From positions 52,762,001-52,826,000 of the forward strand of contig OX597822.1 in assembly GCA_951406725.2 (NCBI GenBank): DNA of 64,000 nt, in the 5' to 3' direction. Each line of letters begins with the position of its first letter. The stretch's first letter is position 1. The translations under genes and the position numbers were made by a program. This document shows positions 11,868-25,929 of this stretch, piece after piece. This DNA comes from Octopus vulgaris. Taxonomy: Eukaryota. The notes below the pieces were generated by a model. The model was not told the DNA's origin. It saw only the letters and a list, made by a program, of their open reading frames with translations, and searched no databases.

Positions 11868-14538
11868 TGAAACGAACTTAATGTGAGATGTGAATATCTG
11901 ATCTTGTACTTTCGGGGTACAAGAAAGCAATCACTCACTAGCCGTTGCTTTAATAATCCAGAATTCTACCAGTCAGAAACAACAAGACGCAGACGTAAAA
12001 TATATATATACTACTTTATTCTCTTTCTTGGTAACAATAACAATAAGTGTGTTATCTGTTGTCCTTGATTCTGGGCGCGCAAGGCTGAAAGTTAATAGAT
12101 TGTAATATTTACAATGTCCAGCCGCTAAACCAGAAAGGGGTCAAGATGGCGTCAAACAGGGAAGTTGAATGTGGTCGGCAACAATTTGGTTAAAGGCATT
12201 CGGCCGACTGCTGCTATCAACCGGAGAGAATATATGCGTGACCGCCGCCTTCAATCGCTGGGTCCCAAGTCCCCGATGACTGCTGCTAGTGGTCAAACGT
12301 TCTACGACCCCCTTGCCTCGCTAACTACCACGATAGGCAAGCGGGTCGTGCTTCCGGTGGTTCGCGCATGCGCGAGAGGGCCCTGTCTTTCTCTGCCTTG
12401 GTAAAGGCACCAACACGCGCGAAATACAAATGGACGGTGCGCGAGCGCGCGCCGTTGTAGGATCACTACAGGCTCCCCTCCAGTGCGTACGCACGAAAGG
12501 AAACTTATTGTAGTGACTGCAAAACTCAAGGTGGACACCAGATAACCAAATAGCACACAATAATATAATGGCAAAATTTATAACATACACAAGAAATTTA
12601 CTAAAGGAAAAAGAGAAAAAATACTCAATGAGCAAAAATCAAGAGTGCATGCATGAAAGTGTATACGTCACAAAGTATAGAGCCTTCCGCTGTAGGAAGC
12701 GGAGGGAATGCAAAACTCACAGTCAATGAACCTAAACGAAATTAAAATCCAACTTCTCTAAAGGTGGTTGATCCTGCAAAATAGCAGTTAAATCAATTGC
12801 TGCAGGAGAGGAAATGGAATTGACAGAAGCTCGCTAGTAACACAAAAGGCAAAAGTGCAAACATGCTGGTGTGATGCGCGACACAGATAATTTTCTGTTA
12901 ATTACGTGACCAAACAGTGGTCTAACAGGGAAAAATAATTACGCCTATAAATCGGCGCAGCGCATTTGAACATCCGACGTCTATGAGTCGGGAAAAGAAT
13001 TAGGCTAACGCAAACGTGTTGCAAAAAACAAGGCAATACACGTGCGAAGCAAAAGGCGCATGAAATGCAATAGTGCTTGCCAGACCAAAAAACAGCAAGA
13101 ATATGCCAGTGGTTAAGCGATTATATGCCTCGTTCGTACAGGAACAAAGGTATGACATGCTGGCGCGTTATAATGGACAAACAACCCTCTCTATGTATAC
13201 GTGACCGCTAGGGTCTATAGAAATGAGGGGTGTCCACAAAAGGCAAATTTAGCATGGAAAAAAAACAAGCGAGAAAAGCATGTGTGACGTATGTATGTGA
13301 GAGAGAGCATTTATGTGTGTGTACGTGTGTGCGACAGAAATACATACAAGGTGAATGCGAGCAAAATACAAAAAATACAGCGCATAGAAAAAATGTCTCT
13401 CATGTGCTATTTCAGACAAGAGTTAATTTACCAGTCTGTAATAGCCTGAAGCACAATAGCAGTTCGTTCTGTAACAGAAATGTTGAAATCAAAAATGCAG
13501 ATGCCGGTTGAACACATATCGTGTAGCGGTTGTGGCTTCAATGCTGTGACAGGTTAACTGGAACAGAAAAATCTCGTAGATAGACGGTGCTGTTTATCCT
13601 TGGTGTGCATATGCACAAAACAGCGTGCACGCTAAAGTTCCGCGAGTTGCTATGTACATCTTGTGGAGGTCGACGGTGTTGAAAGGCGACGTTGGTGGTG
13701 GAAGGCGACTGTAGTGGACTTGGGACAACATCGTTCTTAGTGATGATGGCGTCCGTCATCATGGCTGTAGAAGAAGAAAGAAGCTCCTTCTACAACTGTT
13801 TGTAGTGGCCGGAAACAAATCGTCGAAAGATGAATGCGTAGAGTTAAATCGTGTTCCGACTTCGCAGAAAAACTGGATTTTTTTGTTGTTAAGTGATCTC
13901 TGGTTTTAGACCAGAATCACGTCGGGAGGTCACCAGTGAAACGAACTTAGTGAGTGATGTGAATATCTGATCTTGTACTTTCGGGGTACAAGAAAGCAAT
14001 CACTCACTAGCCGTTGCTTTAATAATCCAGAATTCTACCAGTCAGAAACAACAAACCGCAGACGTAAAATATATATATACTACTTTATTCTCTTTCTTGG
14101 TAACAATAACAATAAGTGTGTTATCTGTTGTCCTTGATTCTGGGCGCGCAAGGCTGAAAGTTAATAGATTGTAATATTTACAATGTCCAGCCGCTAAACC
14201 AGAAAGGGGTCAAGATGGCGTCAAACAGGGAAGTTGAATGTGGTCGGCAACAATTTGGTTAAAGGCATTCGGCCGACTGCTGCTATCAACCGGAGAGAAT
14301 ATATGCGTGACCGCCGCCTTCAATCGCTGGGTCCCAAGTCCCCGATGACTGCTGCTAGTGGTCAAACGTTCTACGACCCCCTTGCCTCGCTAACTACCAC
14401 GATAGGCAAGCGGGTCGTGCTTCCGGTGGTTCGCGCATGCGCGAGAGGGCCTTCCTTTCTCTGCCTTGGTAAAGGCACCAACACGCGCGAAATACAAATG
14501 GACGGTGCGCGAGCGCGCGCCGTTGTGGGATCACTACA
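11868..14538 (-). mobile_element. Non-autonomous LTR retroelement (Gypsy-type signals), young
   Basis: Near-identical LTRs of about 600 bp at 11868-12470 and 13937-14538 with TG...CA ends; 4-bp TSD catc; tRNA-Trp-like PBS tggtgacc(tc)ccgacgtgat at 13916-13935 (minus); PPT ggaggggagcc at 12471-12481 (minus); no pol. Confidence 0.92.
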
Positions 14539-14671
14539 CATCCCACCTCAACTTCTCGAAAGATGGCTGATGTCGTTTTATCTGAAGGAAATGTGATGGC
14601 CTTTTGCATCCAAAAGGAATTGTGCTTATTGATTATCTTCAAAAGAGCTACACCATCAATGGAGAGTATTC

Positions 14672-14978
14672 GTGGAGGCACATGGCCTAGTGGTTAGAGC
14701 AGCGGACTCGCGGTCGAGGGATCGCGAATTCTAAACTCAGACCGGGCGATGTGTGTGTTTATGAGCGAAACACCTAAGCTCCACGCGGCTCAGGGAGAAG
14801 TTAATGACGAACTTCTGCTGACTCTTTCGCCACAACTTTCTCTCACTCTTTCCTCCTGCACCTTGCAGCTCACCAGCGACGGACTGGCGTTTCCCGCCCA
14901 GGTGGGGAACCTATACGTCAAGGAAACCGGGAAACCGGCCCTTATGAGCCAGGCATGGCTCGAGAAGGAACAAACAAC
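14672..14978 (+). mobile_element. tRNA-derived SINE, family D
   Basis: Head ggcctagtggttagagcagcggactcgcgg, tail gagaaggaacaaacaac, TSD agagta; second copy at 29450-29741. Confidence 0.85.
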
Positions 14979-15362
14979 AGAGTACTATGTCAGCTTGCTG
15001 TGACAGTTACAAAAGACTATTAAGATCCAATGCCCAGGAAGACTGATGAAAGGTGTTATGCTTCATTAAGACAAAGCTCCAGCGCACAAGTCCTTGGTTT
15101 CAATGGCAGCTGTGCATTACTGTAGCTTTGAACTGGTTGATCACTCTCCTTATTCTTCTAATTTGGCCCCATCTAACTATCATCTGCTCCCCAAAATGAA
15201 AAAAAATAAAACACTCGTCTGGGAACCAGCATCGCAGTGATGACGACGTCATATCTGCTGTTGCTGACGGTCTTAGCAATAGGATGAAAGCTTCTTCATC
15301 AATGTGATCCAAGCACTGCAAACATCGATAGAAGTGTGCGGACTGCAAGAGGGACTGTGCAA

Positions 15363-15595
15363 AGGCGGTGAGCTGGCAGAAGCGTTAGCACGCCGGGCGA
15401 AATGTTTAGCGGTATTTCGTCCGCCGCTGCATTCTGAGTTCAAATTCCGCCGAGGTCGACTTTGCCTTTCATCCTTTCGGGGGTCAATTAAATAAGTACC
15501 AGTTACGCACTGGGGTCGATATAATCGAATTAATCCGTTTGTCTGTCCTTGTTTGTCCTCTCTGTGTGTAACCCCTTGTGGGCAGTAAAGAAATA
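15363..15595 (+). mobile_element. SINE family A inserted in the mariner
   Basis: Full copy with TSD aagagggact(g/a)tg. Confidence 0.88.
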
Positions 15596-15709
15596 AGAGG
15601 GACTATGTTGAAAAATAAACTTTATTTGGTCACATTTCATTTCGCATCGTATGAACGAGAAATCTGAATATAATTTTTTCGTTCGTAACAAATATTATAA
15701 TTTCTACTA

Positions 15710-15862
15710 GAGCGACGAGCTGGCAGAAACGTTAGCACGCCGGGCTAAATGCTTTGTGTCTTAACATTCTGAGTTCAAATACTGTCGAGGTCGATTTTGC
15801 CTTTTATCCTTTCGGGATCGATAAAATAAATACTAATTGAACACTGGAGTCGAAGTAATCGT
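15710..15862 (+). mobile_element. SINE family A, degenerate
   Basis: Similarity to the 5197 copy. Confidence 0.7.
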
Positions 15863-16387
15863 GCCAAAATTTGAAATCAATATTATAATTCCTACTCTTC
15901 AGTACATGCAGAGTGCAAGCTGCTAGCATAAAATTGAGGGCAATGTTTTTTTAATCGTGTTTCATGTTTCAATATTATCCTTGTAAGGTATTAGGTAACC
16001 TAATTTCAAATATATTGTTTTAAGTATATCGTGTGTTGCGTATACTAATTATAGACACAATGTTAAAACTATAGTTAGTTACTACGATAATTAGCATGTT
16101 GATGCTAAATACACTGTCCATTGCACTGGAGCTCGATGGAAGCCCAGCTGGGTCATGCGGGTGAGGATGTCTGGTGTTGAGAGACCCGAAATATCTAATG
16201 ACCCCAGAAAACATTGTTGATGATTTGTCAGGTGCATCACGGAATGATGTTAACAAAAATCTCTCTAATCCTAATCCTCTTTATTTTAGATTATTTCATA
16301 ATTTCTTTTATATATAGTCTATAATATAAATTGCACGTATATATATATACACACACATACACATACATACATACATACATACATACA

Positions 16388-16423
<36 letters not shown>

Positions 16424-16519
16424 TATGCATACATACATACAGACAGACAGACATACAGTATATATTACATACTACACACACATACACACACACATACACA
16501 TTTAGTACATGCAGCATAT

Positions 16520-17165
16520 ATACAAAGACGAGTAAAAAAAATTATATGCACTCTTGTTTCAAGAATTTTGCCATTAGCCATTTGCTTTTCGATGCACTTT
16601 TTCTAAAGGTCCCCAAGCTTGCTTACTCCACTGGAGAAGAAGGTTTTCAGCTGGTTGCACAGCCATCTATTCACTGTTCCCTGCGCGTTTTTGACCATCT
16701 TCTAACGAATGTTTGAGCGGTTCAAAGAGGTTATATCCGGAAAGGGTGAAATATGGACATTATGCAGGGTGTTCCAGCGATTTGAAACCCAATTTTTCAT
16801 TGGTTTCAACGGCGTGAGCAGCAGTATGGTGGTGTACATTGCTGTGCAACAGTAACAGTTGCTTTGATGCGGATTTCTGGTTTCACTTTGTTGGTCAGCA
16901 CTTCACTGTAGCTTTCACTGATGACTGCAGACACCTTTTCCAGGTAATGTTCCAGTATTGACCCTTTTGAGTCCTAAAAAACTGTTAGCACCTTTTTTTC
17001 TGCAGAAGGTTGAGTCTAAAATTTCTTTCCCGCTGGTGATTCCTGGTGTTTCCACATACCATACTGTGTATTTTGGATTCTAGCTCAAAGTGGAAGACTC
17101 AAGTCTCATCTCCTGTGACTATTCTCTGCAAAAATTGTTGTCTTCATCGTTGAAGCGGTCGAGTA
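16520..17165 (-). mobile_element. Second mariner relic
   Basis: Minus translation LEHPA*CPYFTLSGYNLFEPL resembles mariner HPPYSPDLAPSDYHLF; TIR-like end tacaaagacgagtaaaaaaaattat. Confidence 0.6.
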
Positions 17166-17194
17166 ATCGTTGATAGGACTTCACATGATTTACA

Positions 17195-17410
17195 GAAGTG
17201 AAGCTTCACCATGTGGATGCAAAGACCAACTCTTAATCAATCGCATGATACTTGAGAACTGTCATAACAAACGAAGATATCTCAGTTCTGCATGGAACGA
17301 TTATAAAAAGGCCTTCGATGGCATACCGCATTCATGGATTTTGAAATCGCTGGGTATCTTCAAAGTTTTTCTTGTGGTTTCATGCTTCCCGAGGCACAGC
17401 AGGTCAATCT
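17195..17410 (+). pseudogene. R4/Dong-clade RT fragment
   Basis: GCKDQLLINRMILENCHNKRRYLSSAWNDYKKAFDGIPHSWIL, close to the 21110-21290 copy. Confidence 0.8.
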
Positions 17411-17460
17411 GGACATTATTTACATTTGACGGATATTTGTCCTAATCTTGTTTGTTGTTC

Positions 17461-17504
17461 ACACAACGTTTCAGCTGATGTACCCTCCAGCCTTCATCAG
17501 GTGT
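17461..17504 (-). ncRNA. Minimal type I hammerhead ribozyme motif
   Basis: acac-CTGATGA-a ggctg gagggtacat cagct-GAAAC-GTT-gtgt; inside a 120-bp segment abutting (TAT)n. Confidence 0.8.
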
Positions 17505-17533
17505 CTTGGGGAAATTTCAAACCTGGGTTCTCC

Positions 17534-17596
<63 letters not shown>

Positions 17597-17599
17597 TGG

Positions 17600-19060
17600 A
17601 GGTTTCGAAGCAGTTGTCCATAGATATCCTCTTTTTCTTTGATTTTCAAAGATGTATTTATATCTGCAGGGCAGCTAACCTCTATGATAGTACATACCTT
17701 TGCCCCTCTGTCCCAAACAACAATATCCGGCCTGTCATGCTTACATGTGACAGAAATTTTGATGGGGATATTCCACCACTATTACTCTGAGTTGGTGTTT
17801 ATGAATGTATTCCTTAACAGAGTTTATTTCAGGACAATCTTTTTTAGCAGATGACATTGCAAATTGTTTTAGCAACAGCATCGTGCCGCATAGGGAGGTA
17901 GTACAGTGACGACATTTTAGGACAACTGCTAATCAGATGCACAATATCTTCCAGAGAAATATTACATAGCCTACACATGCGGTCGCACCTTAGGATTACA
18001 AGAGCGTCACTGTCTCTCTTGTTCATCAATGTATGTATGTATGTGCGTATGTATGTATGTATGTATGTATGTATGTATGTATGTATGTATGTATGTATGT
18101 ATGTATGCATGCATGCATGCATGCATGCATGTATGTATGTATGTATGTATGTATGTATGTATGTATGTATGTATGTATGTATGTATGTATGTATGTATGT
18201 ATGTATGGTGTTTTCAAGTACAGTTCTGTCCTACCCATTGTCAACCACTCTGGTGTTACTTGGTTGGCAATTAACAAAGTGTTGACTTGCGCAGCTATTT
18301 GTGCACGACATTCACTAAATCTTTTGATCCAATAGCCTTGAACTTCATCTGGTCCCGGTGCCTTCCAGTTGCCCATTTTTTGCTGATTTCCTTCACTTCC
18401 CAAACTGAAATGACCATTAGTTCTGTCTGTTTTGGACAGACTACTGTTTGTTTCAGTTCTTTCAACCATTCAGCACCCTTCTTGTGCTCCTTGTCTTTGC
18501 TCCAGAAGTCACTTCAAAACCTTAGACTTTCAATGTTATCTGGTACCAACTTTTTATATGTATACTCTCCATTTATTTCTTTGTAGAATTTCTTCTGATC
18601 TACTCTGTATAACCTATTCTGCTGGTATCCCTTCATTCTTTGGTCGTATCTTACCATCTTCGCCTTCTTTGCAACGAGGCGCTGTTTCAGTTCCTCCATT
18701 ACAACTTTCAGGCCCTCTCTTTCAATATCATGCTTCCTGTTCAGTGCCTGTATTGTTGTTCGCTTTTAAGATCCCCTTCTCTTTTCGGGCTAACACAGAC
18801 ATGTCCTTCGAGAGCATATCTAACCCCGCCTGTATTCTTCTTTTCCACCATGGATCTTTCGTTTGTCACTATATATTATATTTCTTTTCTTGACATCAAC
18901 ACCCACATCTTATGCTACAACAATACTTGTTGCCTTGATCAAATTATTTGTACCTGTGATGTTTGTTCTGATATTTTTCAGAATTTCATTCACATTTTTC
19001 GTTTCTTGGTTCATTTTCCATCGATCAACCTTTTTAAAGGCTGCAACTAATATTGCTATT
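17600..19060 (-). pseudogene. R4/Dong-clade LINE fragments (zinc-knuckle/RLE piece and N-terminal piece) split by (TATG)n
   Basis: CRLCNISLEDIVHLISSC..YYLPMRHDAVAK; WKAPGPDEVQGYWIKRF; EELKQRLVAKKAKMVRY. Confidence 0.75.
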
Positions 19061-19077
19061 GTATTATTATCATCATT

Positions 19078-19116
<39 letters not shown>

Positions 19117-19123
19117 GTCGTCG

Positions 19124-19210
<87 letters not shown>

Positions 19211-19211
<1 letters not shown>

Positions 19212-21403
19212 GTTTTTTCCTTCGTTCTTCAAATTTTCTTCCGTTTCTCGCCGAGTGTTTTCCATACACCTAGGGCAGAGAAGGGCATTGTATGCATTCC
19301 CAGATTACACGCGCAAATTCACAGATAAAATATGTATTTAAAATTAATAAATAAATAAATTCATGGATGGATGTTATTTTCACAGCGATAGTGCTCTTCT
19401 CAGTACATGAGCCGTTCCAGTTAATACGATTTTTTGCACTTCCTGTATGGATGGTAAGCCTGGAATCATTTTCAAATAGGTTTCAGTACCTTTTTTTATC
19501 ACTGGTACTGTAGTCGCCTTGAGATGCCACATTTTTTCAATTTCTATTAGCAGGTCTTTATATTTACTAATCTTGTCAAATTCTTTCGCCGCTATATTAT
19601 GATCACAGGGAATACTCATGTCAATTAATAAATATCCTTTTTGTCTGATTTTTATAATAATTTCCGGTTTATTAGCTTTTATAGTCCTGTCGGTCTGCAC
19701 GGGGAAGTCCCATAGAATCGACACATTTTCTCCCTCAGTCACAGCTTCAGGATGATGTTTATACCATTTGTCAGCGGTTTTGATTTTATAATGCCGACAT
19801 ATTGTCCAATGTAAATACTGGCCGACTCTGTCATGTCTTGCTTTATATTCTGCAGGTGCTAAGACTCTACACCCTGAGATTAGGTGGTCTATTTCAATCT
19901 CATCGTTACAGAATCGGCATTTTGGGTCAGCTCCATTTTTCATCACATTGGCTTGGTAGTTCCGGGTTAATAAGCTTTGGTCTTGAGCAGCTAATATGAA
20001 ACCTTCACTCACTGCTTTTAGCCCTGAGCTTCGTAACCATTGGTGCGTGTGTTTCTGGTCGACATCAGCTTGTTTGCTACGGGCCACATACTTGCCATGG
20101 AGAGGTTTCTGTTCCCATCTGCTAGCTAAATTTTCATGTGCTTTTGTCTTTGCAATTAATTTTCTTTTCTTTGCAGCTGCAGTTGGCGCATTTCCTTCAG
20201 CCTGCTCAATCTGGTGGGTATCTAAGAGATCAGCAGCGAATTTTTTGCTCTCTTTGAGAATAGAGTAAATATTTTTAGGTCTTTCATGTTTTTCAACAAA
20301 TTTTAGCATCCAATCGTTGGTTGCTTCAAGGTATTTGGCCAGTCCAATTGTGGTGGTTTTGTATGTAAGTTCAAGCTGGATCAAACCTCGACCTCCCTGA
20401 GCTCTGGGAAGGTAAAGGCGATCCACGTCTGCCTTTGGATGGTGCATCTTATTACAAGTCAGTAGCTTGCGATTTTTCTGTCAATTTTCATTATTTCACT
20501 GGTATTCCAGTTAAGCACATTGAAGCTATAAAGAACAACTGGTACTGCTAAGGAATTTATGGCTAACACCTTATTATATGCATTCAGCTCAGACTTCAGG
20601 ACTGCTCGAACTCTTCTATAACATTCCTTCCTAACCTTCTCTTTCATGCTTGCATGCTGGATACCAGAGCCTTCATTTATTCCTAGGTATTTATAGGTTT
20701 GTTCCTGCTCAAGTTCCTTTATTACTGTTTCGACATCTAATTCGATTGAACTAGACTTTACCAATTTCCCTTTCTTAAAAGTGGCTTTGGCACACTTTTC
20801 AAGGCCAAACTCCATCCCGATATCATCACTGAATCCCTTCACGGTATGTAATAATCTTTCAAGCTCTTCATCATAGCTTTAAATCATCCATATAAAATAG
20901 ATGGCTTATTTTCTTGTTGTCAGTTTTGTAGCCATATCCTGTTCTATTCAGTTCACTTGAGAGTGGTATTAGTGCTATGCAGAAAATTAGTGGTGAAAGT
21001 GAGTCACCTTGGAAAATTCCACAGTTTATGCTAATGTTGCTTGAGTGCAATACTCCATTAGAATGATATAATTGGAGCTTCGTGTTCCATAGTGACATAT
21101 TATACTTTAAAAAATCTGAAATCACAGGAGAAATTTTGAAAATGTCCAGTGATTTCAGAATCCACGAATGTGGTATGCTGTCAAAGGCTTTTTTATAATC
21201 AATCCATGAAGAGCTGAGATTTCTGCGCTTGTTATGGCAGTTCTCGAGGATCATGCGGTTAATTAGGAGCTGATCTTTGCATCTGTATTAGCCTCGTCTG
21301 CATCCTTTTTGTTCAGTGGGAAAGAGGTTATTCTCTTCCATAAACGTATATGTTTTCTCTACTAGAATAGATGTCAAAATCTTATAGGTAGTAGATAAAC
21401 ATG
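19211..21403 (-). mobile_element. 5'-truncated R4/Dong-clade non-LTR retrotransposon (RT + CCHC + restriction-like endonuclease), lightly damaged
   Basis: DYKKAFDSIPH, GIFQGDSLSPLIF, HLFYMDDLKL, YKYLG, RLYLPRAQGGRGL, CRFC..H..SGC, RHD, ILWD, KPEI..LIDMSIP..K..KY; one stop and two frameshifts; 3' UTR ends in (TAA)n. Confidence 0.92.
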
Positions 21404-21406
21404 TTA

Positions 21407-21960
<554 letters not shown>

Positions 21961-21964
21961 AGAA

Positions 21965-23340
21965 GAGTGTTTTTTTTCTCATGTTGCTTTACTTCATGTT
22001 TCTAAGTACTTTGCTAGTCCAACTGTTGTTATTTTGTAGTAGTTTTCTATCTGTATCAGACCACGTCCTCCTTCTGAGCAGGGTAGATATATTCTGTCTA
22101 CGTCTGCTTTGGGGCGGTGACTTCGGTACGCTGTCAGTAGTTTTCTGGTTTTCCTTCTAGGTTTTCCAATTTACTGATCTTCCAGTTTATTGTTAAGGCT
22201 GTAATTTATGACTGGTACGACTAGCGTGTTTATCCCTTTTATCTTATTTTTAGCATTAAGTTCAGTGTTTAATATTAGTCCAACTCTTCTGTAATACTCT
22301 CCTAGTATTCTCTTACATTTCAGTGGGCTGTATTTTAGCTGTTTCGTCTATTCCTAGATATTTGAACGGGCGGTCGTGGTCTAATTCTCTAATTTCTGTG
22401 TCTATGTCGAGTGCAAGGTTTTAAGTGCTGAATAATTTGCCTGTTCTCAGTGTGACTTTGACACATTCGTCCAGCCCAATACTCATTTCGGTGTCATTGT
22501 TGTAACTCTGACCAATTTTGATTAGGTTTCTCTCTCCCATGGTACTTTTAACGAAAAGTTTTAGGTCATCCCTGTATAGGAGATGTCTTATTTTTTTGTC
22601 CGTAGCACCTATAACTCATGGTGGTTTTGTTTAACATGTTTGTTAGCGGGGTAAGAGAAAGGCAGAAAAGTAGGGTTGACTGTGAGTCCCCCTGGAAAAT
22701 CCTTCTTTTTATGGGTATAGAATAGGTTTTAATAAACTATGAGTAATTTTTTAATGTTATACTGGTTTTCCAGTTTGCCATTGCATGTTTAACATATTTT
22801 AGTAGTGGTGGGGCTACCTTATTTGTAAGTATCCAAGATTATGGAACACTGCCGAATGCTTTCTGGTAATCAATCTAAGCCATGTTCAGATTTGTCTATC
22901 TCCTCTCACAGTCCTCTATAATTACCAGAAGTTGCTCCTTACGGCCATACGTCCCTCTCCGGCACCCTTTTTGTTCTTCTGTCAAATCATTGTTATTTTT
23001 CAGGTGCTTTATAAGCCGGTTATAGATGACTGATGTTAGGGTTTTGCAGGATATTGATTGGTATATTATTGGTCTGTAACTTTGTGGGTGGTGTTTGGTG
23101 TTGACTAGGGTCTAGTTTGGTGCTGATTCTAGTTCACTTATCAATAAATTGAACTTTCCCACTAAATGGTTACGGATACTGGTGAGGTGTTTCAACAAGA
23201 ATTTGGGGACCTTGTCTATACCTGGAGTTTTCCAGGAGTTGTTGGTACCCCTCAGTGTGGCCGTGATCTCTTGGCCTGTGATGGTGGGCCATATCTGTTG
23301 TTCTATTGTGTTCTTCCTTCTCTTTTCCCTACTAGTCCAC
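21965..23340 (-). pseudogene. R4/Dong-clade LINE relic (second subfamily)
   Basis: Reverse complement of 38990-40400; decayed RT motifs (QKGCRRG, LLYRDDLKL, HRPKADVDRIYL). Confidence 0.8.
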
Positions 23341-24043
23341 TATTATCATTATTGTTGTTGTTGTTGTTGTTGTTATTGTTCCTGGATCGGTAAAATAGAG
23401 TACCATTTACTTACCGTTATCATCAACACATATTTGGTAGAATCGTTACAGCATCGGGGAAAAAAATGACTTACCTCATTCATTCGAACCCTTTACGTTC
23501 TGAGCTCGGATCGCGCCGAGGTCAACTTTACCTCCCATCCTTTTAGAGTGCATAATATACCAGTCATACACCGAGCTCGATGTATATTGACAAGACTCGC
23601 CCCCTGAAGATTATCGGTGCCTGAATTCGAAACTGTTGTTGTTGCTGCTAATAGTATTAAAAGTAGTTTGCCTTTCGTGTAACTGAAACATTACTAGAGA
23701 GTAAAAGTTTCACTAACGAAGGTCAGACGGGTGAATGTCATTACTGACTTTGATGAGGCCTCTTCCCATCAATATAATAACCTTCCAACCGACCTACCCA
23801 TCACTACCACCTCACTCACATCTATTTTATTCGATATTCTATCACTCACAGTCTAATTGCTTGTCATCCAAACAGATCAGTAGTGCAGTCACATGACACG
23901 ATTAATACTCCATATACAGTACAATGTACTTACGAAGGTTATCGATTTTAGTTGAATGTTGTTTCACTCGTATTTAAGTCACAAAAACAGCATAACACGG
24001 CTAATAACAAATCTAATTCACATTCAGCCAATTGTTCCGCTTA

Positions 24044-24044
<1 letters not shown>

Positions 24045-24108
<64 letters not shown>

Positions 24109-24430
24109 GTTGTTGTTGTTGTTATTATTTTTCCTCTTCTTCTTCTTCTTCTTCTTCGCCTCATCATCATCATCACCATCACCATCACCATCATCATACC
24201 ACCACCACCACCACCACCACCACCACCACTGCCACCACCACCACCACCACCACCGCCACCACCACCACCACCACCACCACTGCCACCTCCACCACCACCA
24301 CAACTATCATCATCATCATCGTAGTCGTCGTCATCATTATCATCATCACTATCCTCCTTCTGCTCTTCCTTCCCTATCCTCCCCTTCCTCTTCTCATCCC
24401 CCTCGCCCCGTCGTCGCCGTCGTCATCTTC
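24045..24430. repeat. Compound trinucleotide microsatellite (TAT/TGT/TCT/TCA/CCA)
   Basis: Direct reading. Confidence 0.9.
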
Positions 24431-25515
24431 GACGGTGACTAAACAACAATAACAAGCATAACTCCTCTTCATTGCCGTTCCAGTTTTACAAAGTCAAACG
24501 TAATCACACATACACGCACACACACACAAATACAACACGCACACATTCACAGAACACACTGACACACACATACACACACGCGCACACACACATACACAAC
24601 ACGCACACATTCACAGATAACGCACACATTCACAAAACACGCACACATTCAGAGAACACGGTCACTGACACACACACACACACACTTGCAGACACGTGCA
24701 CGTTGACAAACCATCGCAATCTTTCATACACACGTGGGTAAATTTACGTTGAAAGAATCGCTGACAAACGATAAATCATTATTACAGCATGTGATCGATA
24801 TTACATAAGTAGCAACGACTACCCGAATTAATACGTCCATTTTCTATTTGTTAGAAAGCTACAAACCATGCACAGATAAGTATATAATCACAGAAACGTT
24901 GTAATAATATTATTAAATCACAGAGCGAGCTGTAAAAGCCAGCTGGAGACGAAGATCTCCTGGGGCTAAAAGGCTACGGTAACACCCCCACTTTGCGGTT
25001 AGCCATATTGACATGGCTTTTATACTTTACGTTGTAATAATAGTTATGGTTAATTTATTGACTAATACAGAACCTTTCAATACAATAGCAGTTGATATAA
25101 AACAACACAATAAAAGAAGATGGCAGGTTTGTAATATGTATTGACTAAACAACATCAATATATATAAATTCATCAAGTAATGATGTGAATGCTCACTTTT
25201 AATGCGTATAGCCCAGTTTTTACGCAATGATGGCTTTTAGTTGCTGGGTTTTATCTTCGGATAGGACTCCTTCCTTTATATGATATACGCAAGCAACGTG
25301 CTTTAAGTTGTCCAATGTCATATAAAAGAAAATAACTTTAGTATGTGTAATTCATTAGAAACCATACAGAATAGAATGTAATGCTTCAAGACTGTGTGTA
25401 TACATGTAAGAATAAATAAATTGTGTGAAGCTGCGTGGCTTGGTAGTTACGGGTGCTCAGCACACAATTGTATGGGTCGTATATTCAAAACCTGGCAGTG
25501 CATTGCGTCCATGAG

Positions 25516-25558
<43 letters not shown>

Positions 25559-25633
25559 TACACACACACACACACACACACAGACACACACACACACACA
25601 CAAACGCGTCGATACGTACACATACATATGTCT

Positions 25634-25916
25634 TTATAGTAAAATCGATAACAAGTATGAAGTGAACATGCCGTAGGGAGTGGAAAATCCAACGTTTCGG
25701 ACAATTTTTCTTCTTCAAGGAAAAGCTGAAAGGAGAAAAATTCATGAGAAACTCCACCAGGCATTTTTTATTCGCTTTTGTTTTTTTAAAACTTAGAGGA
25801 TGTAAAACTGCCGTCATCTTTCTTTCCAATTTTGCCTAAAGGAGGACTGTTTACAGTGTTGGATTTTCCGCTCCCCATGACAATTTCACTGTACTCTTTT
25901 TATCGAGCTTACTATA
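25634..25916. mobile_element. Diverged inverted-repeat cassette with an HHR remnant
   Basis: Arms about 25634-25693/25858-25916; minus 25688-25721 reads tcc-TTGAAGA..gtcc-GAAAC-GTT-gga. Confidence 0.6.
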
Positions 25917-25929
25917 CACATATACTGGA

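Larger units (their letters stand above)
8370..15651 (+). mobile_element. Decayed mariner transposon split by four nested insertions/expansions
   Basis: Terminus tacgaaggagggttgaaaagt; transposase remnants DDRRLTINQIA..FLTEDECWFHHFEPETKRQFMQWKH (11603-11867), continuing after the LTR element, and DHSPYSSNLAPSNYHL (about 15140-15190); ends ..tcgta. Confidence 0.8.

Noticed and set aside
13960-14010. HHR-like ctgat..hairpin..gaaa in the LTR (retrozyme hypothesis)
   Set aside because: Core lacks the GA of CTGANGA, lies antisense to the element, and has no compatible stem III
19380-20447. 355-aa ORF as a host gene
   Set aside because: C-terminal part of a frameshifted, 5'-truncated R4/Dong retrotransposon
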